DNA of 64,000 nucleotides from NCBI GenBank assembly GCA_965263295.1, contig OZ253665.1, forward strand, positions 1,504,001 through 1,568,000, read 5' to 3'. How positions within the stretch are numbered: position 1 is the stretch's first letter; each line of letters opens with the position of its first letter. The notes below the pieces were generated by a model. The model was not told the origin of the DNA. It ran no database searches and saw nothing but the letters and a program-made list of their open reading frames with translations. The position numbers and the translations under genes were made by a program. Source of the stretch: Spirochaetia bacterium (GTDB taxonomy: Bacteria > Spirochaetota > Spirochaetia > SP-2023). Shown piece after piece: positions 10,194 through 20,129 of this stretch.

Positions 10194-11267
10194 TCATTCC
10201 AGGTTCTCCCAGTAGCGGCCGATTACGCGGTATTCTTCGCTAATGCGCCCCAGTTCGCCAAAAAATTCAGCCTCTTTTGCCGGCGTCAAATCGCCAGCGA
10301 TGCGAGTGTCGAGGTAGAAGCGGTAACTCCACGGTTGCCCCATGATCGGGCGCGATTCGAGTTTAGTCAAATCGAGCTCATAATGCTGAAAGATTTGCAG
10401 GGCGCGGGCCAGGCTGCCGGAGAAGTTGCGCAGGCGCAGGCAGATGCTCCACTTGTCGCCAAATTTTTGGCCCGGCCTCTGTTTTTCCCAGGCCGCGATT
10501 TGCGAGCGCAGCCGCCGGGCATCGCATACGATGGCAAAGCGGGTGTAGTTGTGTGGGTTGTTTTCGATGGCCCGGGCCAAAATTTTCATGTCGTATATTT
10601 CTGCGGCCAGGGCGCTGGCGATGGCCCCGATGCTGGCCTTCCCGCTGGCCCCTCCGCTGGCCCCTCCGCTGGCAATAGGGTTTTCGCTGAGTTCGCGCAC
10701 GGAGCCCGCCGTGTCAAAGTTGGCGACGGCTTGCAGGCCGTGTCGCTCGATAAAGTGGCTGGATTGAGCCAGGGCCTGGGGGTGTGAGCGCACAGTTTTT
10801 AAGTGTCGCAGCTCGCTGCCTTTGGCCGCAATCAACATGTGCGAGACGCGCAGGCGCGTCTCCGCGCAGATGCATAATTGGGGATATTCGAGCAGCAAGT
10901 CGTAGTTTTCCATGATGGAACCGGCCAAAGAATTTTCTAGCGGCACGGTGGCAAAGTCGGCGCGGCCGTCTTGTACGGCGGCAAAAATGCCGCGGAAATT
11001 GGCGCAGGGTAAGGGCTTGAGGCCGGCAAAGCTTTTGTCGGGATAGATTGCGCCGCCCTTGTCACTGCAGAAAAATTGCCGCAGGGCCTGTTCGCTGTAG
11101 GCGCCCGGCTCGCCTTGAAACGCCACGCTCAGATGGCCCGGCGCGGTGTCCGCGCCCGCAGCATTTAGCTGGATCTGTGCTTGGGCCGGTAATTGGGCGG
11201 ATGCTTGGGCCGGTGCTTGGGCTGGCAATTGGGAATCGCCGCAACTTGCGGCATTATTGTGTTGCAT
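10194..11267 (-). CDS. pheA: Prephenate dehydratase with ACT domain (start uncertain)
   Basis: VAFQGEPGAYSE, PLENSLAGS, SHPQALAQ, NYTRF, LTKLESRP. Confidence 0.92.
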   Translation of the reverse strand: MQHNNAASCGDSQLPAQAPAQASAQLPAQAQIQLNAAGADTAPGHLSVAFQGEPGAYSEQALRQFFCSDKGGAIYPDKSFAGLKPLPCANFRGIFAAVQDGRADFATVPLENSLAGSIMENYDLLLEYPQLCICAETRLRVSHMLIAAKGSELRHLKTVRSHPQALAQSSHFIERHGLQAVANFDTAGSVRELSENPIASGGASGGASGKASIGAIASALAAEIYDMKILARAIENNPHNYTRFAIVCDARRLRSQIAAWEKQRPGQKFGDKWSICLRLRNFSGSLARALQIFQHYELDLTKLESRPIMGQPWSYRFYLDTRIAGDLTPAKEAEFFGELGRISEEYRVIGRYWENLE

Positions 11268-11342
11268 TTTGTCGTGTGTTTGAGCTTTATAGCACAAAAG
11301 AGGCGCCGGCGCAAGCCGGGCCCCTCTGACATTAGACACCTC

Positions 11343-11371
11343 GATGTAGGTCCCCATGGAGGGCCTACATC
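11343..11371 (-). terminator. Strong hairpin 3' of the surface-protein gene (terminator or mRNA stabiliser)
   Basis: GATGTAGGTCC...GGGCCTACATC inverted repeat; no clear U-tract. Confidence 0.45.
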
Positions 11372-11403
11372 AAGGAAAAACGTGAACCTAGACGGCTCAA
11401 TCC

Positions 11404-12942
11404 TTATTTGACCGACTGTTTGAAAACCGAGGTGAAGCTGGCATTCAGGCTGATGTCCAGGTAAGTCTTGAATGCGGCATTCTTTGATTCAATGGAAGTT
11501 TCAGAACCGACGTAGCCTATATCATTGTTGACTTTGAACGGAGCGATATTTTCCATGCCAAACTCAGCCGACAGTGCAACTGAAGCATTTTCCTGGTTGA
11601 CAAAGCGCTGTGTCAGACCCAGTCCCCAGGAACCCAGGTAGCCCTCGCGGCTGATTTCAACTTCCCAAAGAGGAGTATTGGGGTCATTTTGATCGTAGAC
11701 GACCATTTTATCGGGCTGGTTCAGGTCAAAGCGCGCCTTGGCCCAGAGGCTCAGGTAGTTGTCACCCATCATGGAGCGCAGGGCGTGCGTCCAAACCTTG
11801 AGGCCAAAGCCACTGAATGCCTTGTTCGCGGTATATTTCTGTTTCACCTCGCCTTTCTTGTCGAGCTTTTCGTAGTAGTTGTTGTTGTCGCGCATTTCGC
11901 CATCCAGGTCGAGACCGACGCCGACGAGGTCGTATTTGTCGGCATCATCACGCAGCTGGAACTTGAGGCCGGCACTCCAGCCAATCAGGGGATTGACGTA
12001 GGATAAGGCCGGGTGGGCCAACAGGCCCTTCAAACTCAGGTTGGCGAAGGGCATGATCTTGATGGCACCGAAGGTGCCGGTGTAGGCCACGGAAATGCCC
12101 AGGTTATCCCAGTCGTCTGCCTCCTTCTTTAAAAGCTTGCTCTCATCGCCAAAATTGTAGTCCGTGTTGTCGGTAAAATCGACGACATAACCCACGGAGG
12201 CCTTAATGTTGTGGTCGCCAAAGCTCTTGTCGAAGAGCAGGCCCCAACCCATGTCGTAGTCGCTGTCACCGCTGTCGATCATGGCAAAGCTGGTGCCGTA
12301 GCGCACCGTCAACATGTCCATGATTTTCAGGTCCAGCTGCATGTTGGTCTTGTCGTCGCGGTCGAGTCCATCGACATTGGCCTTCCAATCGTCCTGGCCC
12401 GCATCTTCGGCATTGTCAAAGCCGACCTTAAAGCGACCGCTTTTCAGGTAGACATCAAAGATTTTGGCATCCACGCCAAAAGCCTGCAAGACGTGCGCAT
12501 ACGCATACGCATTATCGCCAAAACCAACAATATACGGAATACCATCGCCACCGCTGCTAATCGCTTCGGCGCGGTTAAATTTGCCTTCCAACTCGATGAC
12601 GGCACCACCGATGCCGTCGTAGTCGGCTTCAAACTTGACGCGACCCTTGGCATCGCCATCGGTGTAAAGATTATGACCTTTGAGGGTCTTATCGCCGGAA
12701 AAGTAAACACGCCCTTTGCCGCTGACGCTGGGGGTCGCTTTAACCGTAATAATGCCTTCTGCCTGATCTACGGCCTCTGACGTCCCCTCCAATTCGTCTG
12801 GGCTCTCTGGGCTTGCCAGTTCTGCCGCAGCCGGGGCCTCTGCGGCTACCTCGGCTTCTTGAACTTCCTGCACTTCCTGGGCAAACAGGCTGTGCATGCC
12901 GGCAACAAGAAGCAGCAAAAATACGATATTTAACTTCTTCAT
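11404..12942 (-). CDS. Exported probable outer-membrane beta-barrel / major surface (Msp-like) protein
   Basis: Signal peptide MKKLNIVFLLLLVAGMHSLFA; alternating aromatic/hydrophobic strands rich in Gly/Asp; strong SD (CAGGAGGA); visibly C-ending codon bias. Confidence 0.6.
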   Translation of the reverse strand: MKKLNIVFLLLLVAGMHSLFAQEVQEVQEAEVAAEAPAAAELASPESPDELEGTSEAVDQAEGIITVKATPSVSGKGRVYFSGDKTLKGHNLYTDGDAKGRVKFEADYDGIGGAVIELEGKFNRAEAISSGGDGIPYIVGFGDNAYAYAHVLQAFGVDAKIFDVYLKSGRFKVGFDNAEDAGQDDWKANVDGLDRDDKTNMQLDLKIMDMLTVRYGTSFAMIDSGDSDYDMGWGLLFDKSFGDHNIKASVGYVVDFTDNTDYNFGDESKLLKKEADDWDNLGISVAYTGTFGAIKIMPFANLSLKGLLAHPALSYVNPLIGWSAGLKFQLRDDADKYDLVGVGLDLDGEMRDNNNYYEKLDKKGEVKQKYTANKAFSGFGLKVWTHALRSMMGDNYLSLWAKARFDLNQPDKMVVYDQNDPNTPLWEVEISREGYLGSWGLGLTQRFVNQENASVALSAEFGMENIAPFKVNNDIGYVGSETSIESKNAAFKTYLDISLNASFTSVFKQSVK

Positions 12943-13018
12943 TCTATCCTCCTGTAGAAGTATGAAATCTGAGCTAACTTAGTTACGCCTCCAAGAAGGC
13001 GCCAAGCTAACAAACGAT

Positions 13019-13047
13019 TTTCTACATGAAATGAGGAAGAATGTCAA
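13019..13047 (-). promoter_or_regulatory. Putative sigma70 promoter of the surface-protein gene
   Basis: TTGACA-17 bp-TAGAAA on the minus strand. Confidence 0.45.
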
Positions 13048-13080
13048 ACCGATTTTCTTTGCAATGAGCCATTTTTTCAT

Positions 13081-13420
13081 AGAATTTTTATAAAATAGTT
13101 TGTACTACCAGTATTGTATATCAATCTTATAATTATAGATTATTGGGGATTTAATTCAGAATTGTGTAAAATACATTTTTACACAATAAAAATTTAAGTC
13201 TTAAATAAATTTAATTTAAGAAAAATCATATTAATATTTATTTGATTAATAAGATTTCTATAAAATACTTTGTGCTATCAGTATTGCAAATTCAGCTTAT
13301 AGCTATAAATTATTGAGGACTCAATTCGATACTATGTAAAATATATTTTTATTGAATGAAAATTTTAGTCTGAATTTAATTTCATACAGAGAATATTAAT
13401 ATTTATTTGATGATTTTAAG
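13081..13420. repeat. Diverged tandem duplication of a 170-bp AT-rich unit
   Basis: 13081-13250 aligns with 13251-13420 in register, e.g. TAAAATAGTTTGTACTACCAGTATTG vs TAAAATACTTTGTGCTATCAGTATTG. Confidence 0.9.
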
Positions 13421-13421
13421 T

Positions 13422-13495
13422 TGGAGCTGGGGGGAATCGAACCCCCTACCTCTTGAATGCCATTCAAGCGCTCTAGCCAAGTGAGCTACAGCCCC
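13422..13495 (-). tRNA. tRNA-Ala (anticodon GGC)
   Basis: GGGGCTGTAGCTCACTTGGCTAGAGCG-CTTGA-ATGGCAT-TCAAG...GGTTCGATTCC. Confidence 0.96.
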
Positions 13496-13628
13496 ATAAG
13501 GTTTGTTCAGCATATTTGAAAACAATCTTTGGTCAAGACGCACTGGGCAAAAAAGCAGCGCGATTTTTCACTAGGCGACAAAATACCCCCAAATATCCCC
13601 AATATATGGGCTTCTATGTCTTGTTTTG

Positions 13629-14741
13629 TCATTTTTGCAGGGGACGCAAAGAACCTTTGACTTTGTGTTGTAGACCGCCAGATGTTTCCAGTAAGAGTTC
13701 GCCGCAAGATCCCAAACCGCGCAGAATTCCCAAGGCGCGTTGTGCTGGAACTTGTCTGTGCGTATTTTGGCCCGCGCCGGCATGCTCAAATCCAAACCAT
13801 TCCACCCACTCGTTACGGAAAGCCAAATGGGGTTCAATTTCGGCCACTAAGTTGTCGATATGGAGATAGTTCAGCCAACGTGCCCAGGCCAGCTGCAGAC
13901 GAGAAACGCAGGCCAGCCAGAAGTCGAGCAAGTCGCTTGTCATGCCTGGGGAATCCTGCAATGAAACCGCAGGCATTGTCGGCAATTCGTTTGCAGATAT
14001 GGGGGGAACTTGCAGCTCTGCTTTCGGCGCAAAGTTTAGCCCCAGGCCAAATGTCAGGACGCCCCTCTTATTTTCTAGCAGCAGACCGCCGGCCTTGCCC
14101 CACAAGCCTGTCGCATTTGTTTTTGAATCAGTCCATAGAACCATATCGTTGGGCCATTTTAGCCACACGGGGTAGCCGTTAGCTCGTAGTTCCCGCACGA
14201 CTTCATTGGCTAGCAACATAGGCAGCAAAGTTGGGTACTGGCTTAAAGTTGCGCCCAAACTGCTCTCAGGGCTTGAAACCCGTGCGGACACAGTGGGGAG
14301 CTGAGGAAGAGTTGAGCTGACGCACAGATTCCCCAGCGGGCTTTGCCATTGCCGCCCATATTGACCCCGGCCATTAGTCTGGTAACAAGCCATGGCCCAG
14401 TTCCAAATGCTTTGCTCAGCTTGGTAATCAAGTTGGAACCCAATTGGGTAGTTTTGTGGGTAGTTTTGTGGGTAGTTTTGTGGGTAGTTTTGGCGCCGGC
14501 TCGATTCCCACAACCGGGCTAGCGCTGCAAAAGTTGAGTCACAGCGCAAAAATATGCTGTTACGTGGGCCCCTTGACCAAGGGGAATGAGACGAATAATA
14601 CGCAGAACTTAAGCATTCTTTCAGTTGGCCTTCAGACAGCAGTTGATAGTCGTGTCGGGCCAGGCTGTGCCGCCACAGTGGACTAGATTTCTGGATATCC
14701 TGAAGTTCAGACCGCGAACCAATTACATATAACATATGCAT
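13629..14741 (-). CDS. Biotin--protein ligase (BirA/BPL-like) with N-terminal extension
   Basis: QTNGRGQYGRQWQSPLGNL, LKWPND, GKAGGLLLE, GLGLN. Confidence 0.85.
   Translation of the reverse strand: MHMLYVIGSRSELQDIQKSSPLWRHSLARHDYQLLSEGQLKECLSSAYYSSHSPWSRGPRNSIFLRCDSTFAALARLWESSRRQNYPQNYPQNYPQNYPIGFQLDYQAEQSIWNWAMACYQTNGRGQYGRQWQSPLGNLCVSSTLPQLPTVSARVSSPESSLGATLSQYPTLLPMLLANEVVRELRANGYPVWLKWPNDMVLWTDSKTNATGLWGKAGGLLLENKRGVLTFGLGLNFAPKAELQVPPISANELPTMPAVSLQDSPGMTSDLLDFWLACVSRLQLAWARWLNYLHIDNLVAEIEPHLAFRNEWVEWFGFEHAGAGQNTHRQVPAQRALGILRGLGSCGELLLETSGGLQHKVKGSLRPLQK
14446..14492. repeat. 12-bp tandem repeat (GGGTAGTTTTGT) x4 encoding QNYP repeats
   Basis: Read directly from the sequence. Confidence 0.95.
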
Positions 14742-14832
14742 GCTGGGACATTTTCCGGGTTTAAGTGCCTATATTAAATGTGATTTAAAATGTGATTTAA
14801 ATGGCAAAAGTTAATGATTGGTTAATGATTAA

Positions 14833-14863
14833 AGGCGATGAGCCAAATAGCGGCTCATCGCCT
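14833..14863 (-). terminator. Intrinsic terminator after the TPR gene
   Basis: Perfect 12-bp stem AGGCGATGAGCC / GGCTCATCGCCT followed by TTAAT on the minus strand. Confidence 0.7.
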
Positions 14864-14905
14864 AATTCAGAAGAATATTTTCCTATATTTTTGTATGTAA
14901 AGGCC

Positions 14906-15925
14906 TTAGAACGGGCTACTCCCGCCACCGCCACCACCAAAGGGATTGCCACCGCCGCCAAAGAGATCGTTAGACGAACTACCCGAGTTCAGGCTGGGAG
15001 CCCCCGAGCCAAAAGGAGAACTGCCCGAACTGCCCGAACTGCCCGAACTGCCGCCCGACGAGTTGTCACTGTAAAGGCCTTGATCTTCTTTCTTACGTTT
15101 TATTGCCTTCAAGCTAATTTCACATTTGTTCAGTAGATTCTCGTTGAGACCCACTAGTAAGTCTGGCCGGCGATTAAGAATATCTATCGTGCGGTTCAAG
15201 TCTTCAATTGCAGAATCCAGCTCCCCTGTATCACTATAGAGAATGGCCCGATTGTACAGCGTCACGACATCTTCGGGATCAAACTCCAACGCTTTCTGAT
15301 AATCTTCCAAAGCAGCCTTGTAGTTCTTTTGAGCGTAATAAACGATGCCACGACCACTATAGGCACCACCGTAACGTGGATCGAGGACCAAAGCTGTGGA
15401 AAAATCCAACAGAGCCGCCTGTATATTCCCCGTTGCGTGATTCGCCAAACCGCGGTTAGCATAGACTACGGCACTTTCTGGATCAATATCTAATGACCGG
15501 TTGTAGTCTTCAATGGCTTTGCCATATTCCTGATTTGCTGAAAAAGCACTACCGCGGGAAGAAAATATCGCAGCTTGATCTCGTCCAGAAGAGAGCTCCA
15601 AGGCAAACGAGTAATTGCGGATGGCCTGGTCAAAGTTGCCGCTTCTTTGCAGAGCTTGGCCCAGGTGGTAATAGGCTCGATCATTACGATTGTCAAATTT
15701 TAACGAAAGGTTAAACAAGGCAATGGCACTGCTGTCCTGGCCTTTGTTCATCGCCTCAACCCCCCTCTCATAATACTCTTGTCCTTTGCGCTGGGTTTCC
15801 GAATTGGTCGTGGTTTTCTGAGCGTAAGCGCTCATGCCGGTAGTTCCCAGCAGCACAAAGAGTAGAACTCGATAGAGCTTTGACTGCAAAGCCTTTTTAC
15901 GGAACTTAATTTCTGTTTGCTTCAT
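14906..15925 (-). CDS. Exported tetratricopeptide-repeat protein with Gly/Ser-rich tail
   Basis: Signal-like LLFVLLGTTGMSAYA; repeated 34-aa units (AYYHLG, AVVYANRG, AYSGRG, TLYNRA). Confidence 0.9.
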   Translation of the reverse strand: MKQTEIKFRKKALQSKLYRVLLFVLLGTTGMSAYAQKTTTNSETQRKGQEYYERGVEAMNKGQDSSAIALFNLSLKFDNRNDRAYYHLGQALQRSGNFDQAIRNYSFALELSSGRDQAAIFSSRGSAFSANQEYGKAIEDYNRSLDIDPESAVVYANRGLANHATGNIQAALLDFSTALVLDPRYGGAYSGRGIVYYAQKNYKAALEDYQKALEFDPEDVVTLYNRAILYSDTGELDSAIEDLNRTIDILNRRPDLLVGLNENLLNKCEISLKAIKRKKEDQGLYSDNSSGGSSGSSGSSGSSPFGSGAPSLNSGSSSNDLFGGGGNPFGGGGGGSSPF

Positions 15926-16095
15926 ATTTGTTCCCCTCAAACATATTCCCTTGCCTCTGCGAGGCCAGAAAGCATCTTAGCTTAAGTCACTAGTGCATGC
16001 AAGTTGTTTTATTCTTTTTTATTTGACAAGGAAAAAATTATTGTTTTTTCGCCGGCCCCAGGCTGTTATTTTTTGCGGGCTGTCGGCTTTTCCCC

Positions 16096-16860
16096 TCATT
16101 CTGCCAGAATTGAGTCGACTTGATTGTAGCCAAAAGCAAGGCGGAAATATTTGAGCAGTTGCCCCGCGATTCTAGGCAGCGCCAGCGGCGCGCTATTGGC
16201 CTCCAGCTCACCTCGCCAATACTCAAGTCCGAGCAACTCTTGCTCCAAGCTAGTGACACCGCGCCCGGCAATGCCGCAAGGTATGATTCGCTCAAAGAAA
16301 CTCAAATCCGTGCTAATGTTCAAGGCAAAGCCGTGCATTGAAACCCCTCGCTGGACTGAAATCCCCAGGGCGGCAATCTTGCGCGCGCTGCAAGCTTGTG
16401 CCCGGCCGTTATCGTCACCCAGCCAGACGCCTCTGTGTTGCAGATCGCGCCAGGGTGCCAGGCCGTAGCGCCCCCGCAGGAGCAGAATAATTGACTCTTC
16501 TAGTCGGTAAATCAACTCTTTGACGCCAATGCCCCGATTCTGGCCGCCGTCATCCGGGCCTCGGCCGTCGTCGAGCTCACCCAGTTTGGCGTGGAGATAC
16601 GCCACCAGTTGACCGGGCCCATGGTAGGTCATTTCACCGCCACGGCTGGACTGGACGACGGGAGCGCCCAGCATTGCCGCGGGCAATAGCATGTTGTGCT
16701 GGCTGTCACGGCGACCCATCGTAAATACACTGTCGTGTTCCAGCAGCAGCAAGGTATCGCAGATATTGTCGCGCACACGTTGCTCCCACGTTTCTAGCTG
16801 CAGGCGTAGTCCCTCTTCGTAGGATACCCGGCCCAAATATTTCGCAACCAAACGCTTCAT
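16096..16860 (-). CDS. lipB: Octanoyltransferase
   Basis: LLLEHDSVFTMGRR, RGGEMTYHGPGQLVAY, KIAALG, HGFALN, IIPCG. Confidence 0.95.
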   Translation of the reverse strand: MKRLVAKYLGRVSYEEGLRLQLETWEQRVRDNICDTLLLLEHDSVFTMGRRDSQHNMLLPAAMLGAPVVQSSRGGEMTYHGPGQLVAYLHAKLGELDDGRGPDDGGQNRGIGVKELIYRLEESIILLLRGRYGLAPWRDLQHRGVWLGDDNGRAQACSARKIAALGISVQRGVSMHGFALNISTDLSFFERIIPCGIAGRGVTSLEQELLGLEYWRGELEANSAPLALPRIAGQLLKYFRLAFGYNQVDSILAE

Positions 16861-16943
16861 TTGGCTAACTCCTTATACCGGGGTATGGTCTTTATTTTTT
16901 CCACGGGAGCCGGTATTTCTTTCCGCTTCCTGCGGGGGCCCGG

Positions 16944-18731
16944 TCAGGATTCATAGGCATCCCGGTGGACATCGCGTACGGCGCGGCCGGATGGATCATC
17001 CAGCTGCCTGGGATCGGGGGCAACTTTGCCAGCGCTGACTAACCACTCAAAGCCAGTTTCTGTAGAGCAGGCTACGGACTTGACCTGAGGCACGGTCAAG
17101 GCGGCTGAAGCGCTGGGGAACTGCCTCTCAAAAATGCTGCGATACAGATAGGCTTCTTTTGTCCTCGGCGGATTGATGGCAAAACGCAGGCCGGCGCGCT
17201 GCATCTGCGCATTGCTGACTTCGCGTTCGGCCAATTTTTTGAGGCTGTCGATCCAGTTGTAACCCACGCCGTCGGAAAATTGTTCTTTTTGTCGCCACAG
17301 TATTTCGTCGTCCAGGTAAGTCTCAAAGGTCTTGCGCAGCAGCCATTTTTCCATACCGCGCTGGCGGCCGCTTGCGCCCTCGCCGGGGCGCACCATTTTA
17401 TTCGCCGGGTTGAAGCGCATGGCGACGTCCAGAAAGTGGCGGTCGAGAAACGGCACGCGGGTCTCCACGCCCCAGGCCATCATGGCCTTGTTGGCACGCA
17501 GGCAATCGTAATAATGAAGGCGTTGGAGTTTGCGTACCGTCTCTTCGTGCAATTCCCGCGGGCTGGGCGCGTGATGAAAGTACAAGTAGCCGCCAAAAAT
17601 CTCGTCGGCCCCTTCGCCAGAAAGAACCATCTTGATGCCCATCGATTTAATTTTACGAGCGAGCAAGTACATCGGCGTCGAGGCGCGGACGGTGGTGACA
17701 TCGTAGGTTTCCAAATGGTAAATTACCTGGTTTAAAGCGTTCAGGCCATCTTCGACGCCAAAGTGGAAATTGTGGTGCACCGTTCCCAGCTGGGCGGCGA
17801 CCTTGGCTGCTGCTTCGAGGTCGCCAGAGCCTTTCAGGCCGATGGCAAAAGAATGCAGGCGAGGCCACCAGGCCTCAGTTCGGTCGTCGTCTTCGACGCG
17901 GCGACGCGCGTAGTGCGCGGCAATTGCCGCGACGATGGAAGAATCCAGTCCGCCACTGAGCAAAACGCCGTAAGGTACGTCTGACATCAGGTGGCTGTGC
18001 ACCGAATCTTCTAGGCTGCTGCGCAGCAGGGCGCGGTCCCGGGCGGCCGCTTCTTTGTCATCTTGTTCAGCATCGAGCATGGCCTTGTCGCCAGCCGCTT
18101 GTTGCAACTCGGCAAAGTCAAACCAGTGGGCCCGGTAGTAGGCTTGCACCTGGCCGCTGCGGCTGTCGAGCAGGTTCCCTGGGGGAAAGGTATTTACCGC
18201 TGTGCAGCAATCGGCGATGCACTTCATTTCTGAAGCCACGTAAAAGTGCCCCTTTTCGTTGTAGCCAGTGTACAAGGGAATGATACCCATGTGGTCACGG
18301 GCCAACAGATATTCTTTGCGTTCATTGTTGTAAACAATGAACGCAAACATGCCGCGGAGCTCGTTGAAGAGTCTGGCCGCCTTGTCTGCCGGCTGCTGTA
18401 AGTAATCGAGGTACAAGGGCAGAATCACCTCGCAGTCGGAATCCGATTGGTAGCGATAGTCGCCATAGCGCTTGCGCAGCTCTTTGTAGTTGTAGATCTC
18501 GCCATTGACCACGAGCACCAGCTTGCCATCCGCCGAAAACAGCGGCTGCTCTCCAGATTCCATGCCGATAATGGCCAGGCGTTCGTGGGCAAACACAGCC
18601 TCATTGCTCATGTAGTAGCCGCTCCAGTCCGGGCCGCGATGGCGCTGGCGCGTCGACAGTCGCGTTAGCTGTTCGCGTTGTTCCTGGCTTTGGCCGTCTT
18701 CCAGTTCCAGTATTCCCAATATTCCGCACAT
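16944..18731 (-). CDS. asnB: Asparagine synthase B (glutamine-hydrolysing)
   Basis: MCGI N-terminus, HRGPDWSG, NGEIYN, LSGGLDSS, SGEGADE, WRQKEQFSDGVG. Confidence 0.97.
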   Translation of the reverse strand: MCGILGILELEDGQSQEQREQLTRLSTRQRHRGPDWSGYYMSNEAVFAHERLAIIGMESGEQPLFSADGKLVLVVNGEIYNYKELRKRYGDYRYQSDSDCEVILPLYLDYLQQPADKAARLFNELRGMFAFIVYNNERKEYLLARDHMGIIPLYTGYNEKGHFYVASEMKCIADCCTAVNTFPPGNLLDSRSGQVQAYYRAHWFDFAELQQAAGDKAMLDAEQDDKEAAARDRALLRSSLEDSVHSHLMSDVPYGVLLSGGLDSSIVAAIAAHYARRRVEDDDRTEAWWPRLHSFAIGLKGSGDLEAAAKVAAQLGTVHHNFHFGVEDGLNALNQVIYHLETYDVTTVRASTPMYLLARKIKSMGIKMVLSGEGADEIFGGYLYFHHAPSPRELHEETVRKLQRLHYYDCLRANKAMMAWGVETRVPFLDRHFLDVAMRFNPANKMVRPGEGASGRQRGMEKWLLRKTFETYLDDEILWRQKEQFSDGVGYNWIDSLKKLAEREVSNAQMQRAGLRFAINPPRTKEAYLYRSIFERQFPSASAALTVPQVKSVACSTETGFEWLVSAGKVAPDPRQLDDPSGRAVRDVHRDAYES

Positions 18732-18843
18732 AATTTTCTCCCCCACACGGGCAGATGCCCTCTGGCCTCGGTTTTAGGCAGCATAATGAAAATTTGTCCT
18801 TGCGAAAATGGGCAAGGCTTTGTCCTCAGGGTTTGCCTGTGTC

Positions 18844-19635
18844 TTATTGCGGATAGGTTTCAATTTTGCGGCCAAACACATTCATGGGTTGGTCACCGCC
18901 TGCGGCGACAATATTTTCCCAGTCAATGTCGAGGGCATCGACTTTCCATGCCCCTGCCTCCATCAGGATATATATATTTGCCTGGATGAAAGCGCTGTTG
19001 TCGTTGATCTCCAACCGGCAGCGCACTCGTGCGTAAGCGTCTTCAATCGCCGGGTCTGCCAGGCGCACCCGGCTCAATTGCAGTTCTTGGGTGGGTGGGA
19101 GGCCGGCATCTTCAGTTGTCGACTGCTGCGGCGCTTCCGCTTCTCGCCGGGCGAATTGATCTTGCGGCGCACGCAATGATTCGCGGTAAAGCGTCGGAGT
19201 TTGGCGAATAAACGGGGCGACTTGTTCGGAGATTTGGGTTTGGCCGTCAGCGCTTAGCAGTTCGTCGTCAAGCTGGCCTGCATTGATGTCGTTCCAGAAG
19301 CGGCGCAGCAAATCAAAAATCTGCCGGCTGTCGCGCGATGCCTCAGCCGGAATATAGAGCGGGCCCAATACCCGATCTTGAGGATGGACCGTGCCGCCGA
19401 GTAATCCCCCCAAAGCTTCGTCCCGCAGGCGCTGGGCCCTCAAGGGAACACAGGCAGACAAAGACCCTGCCAGGGTCAATGCCAATGCTAGGGAGAGCAG
19501 CAGGCCAGAGCGCGGCCTCGCGCGCCAAGAATGCGGCAAGCACGGCAAGAAGCTTCCCTTGAATCCGGGATATTCGACGTCGAATCGGCAGCGACGGTAA
19601 GACATGTAGCAACTAGAAGCCCAGTTTTTTGCCAT
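18844..19635 (-). CDS. Hypothetical lipoprotein (start uncertain)
   Basis: Hydrophobic stretch ending LSAC lipobox; fits the operon. Confidence 0.55.
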   Translation of the reverse strand: MAKNWASSCYMSYRRCRFDVEYPGFKGSFLPCLPHSWRARPRSGLLLSLALALTLAGSLSACVPLRAQRLRDEALGGLLGGTVHPQDRVLGPLYIPAEASRDSRQIFDLLRRFWNDINAGQLDDELLSADGQTQISEQVAPFIRQTPTLYRESLRAPQDQFARREAEAPQQSTTEDAGLPPTQELQLSRVRLADPAIEDAYARVRCRLEINDNSAFIQANIYILMEAGAWKVDALDIDWENIVAAGGDQPMNVFGRKIETYPQ

Positions 19636-19649
19636 ATTGAGAGGAGGTT

Positions 19650-20057
19650 TTAAGCGGGGCTGCCATTGTCCTGATTGCGTCCTGGCTTTGCCTCCTCATT
19701 TTTCTTTTTGAGGGCCTTCAAAGAATGGCTTCGGCTATTTTTGCGGGGACTGTTTTTGTCTGTTTGCACCGCGGCTTCTTGTTTGTTCATTTGGCGCAGC
19801 TCGCTCAACTCGTGCCGCAGGCGCCGCTCGCTTTTGAGGAGCAGAATCAAGCTAAATACCAGCATGGCGCCCAGCAGCAGGAAGCAGATCAGCAGGCTGG
19901 ACAACGGCAGGTCGTGAAGCTGCCACCAGCCGCCCAACAGGGAAAAATCGTCAATATAGATGGCGCTGTTTTGTCCAATGATGGTGCCCAGTAACAAAAT
20001 AATCAGGGGTATAAACAGGAGCCCCGCAAAACGTAAAATAAATTTGATGTGTTCCAT
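19650..20057 (-). CDS. LapA-like two-TM membrane protein
   Basis: TM1 ending GQN, loop, LPLSSLLICFLLLG TM2, basic tail. Confidence 0.55.
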   Translation of the reverse strand: MEHIKFILRFAGLLFIPLIILLLGTIIGQNSAIYIDDFSLLGGWWQLHDLPLSSLLICFLLLGAMLVFSLILLLKSERRLRHELSELRQMNKQEAAVQTDKNSPRKNSRSHSLKALKKKNEEAKPGRNQDNGSPA

Positions 20058-20129
20058 ACAACGACCTCTGTATCAAGCATTTTAATAAAAAGTAACTCAA
20101 TGTAAAATAGTAGTTTCACGCGTGAACGA

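Noticed and set aside
13081..13420. CRISPR array or replication origin
   Set aside because: No constant repeat with unique spacers, no cas genes, and no cluster of DnaA boxes or dnaA nearby.
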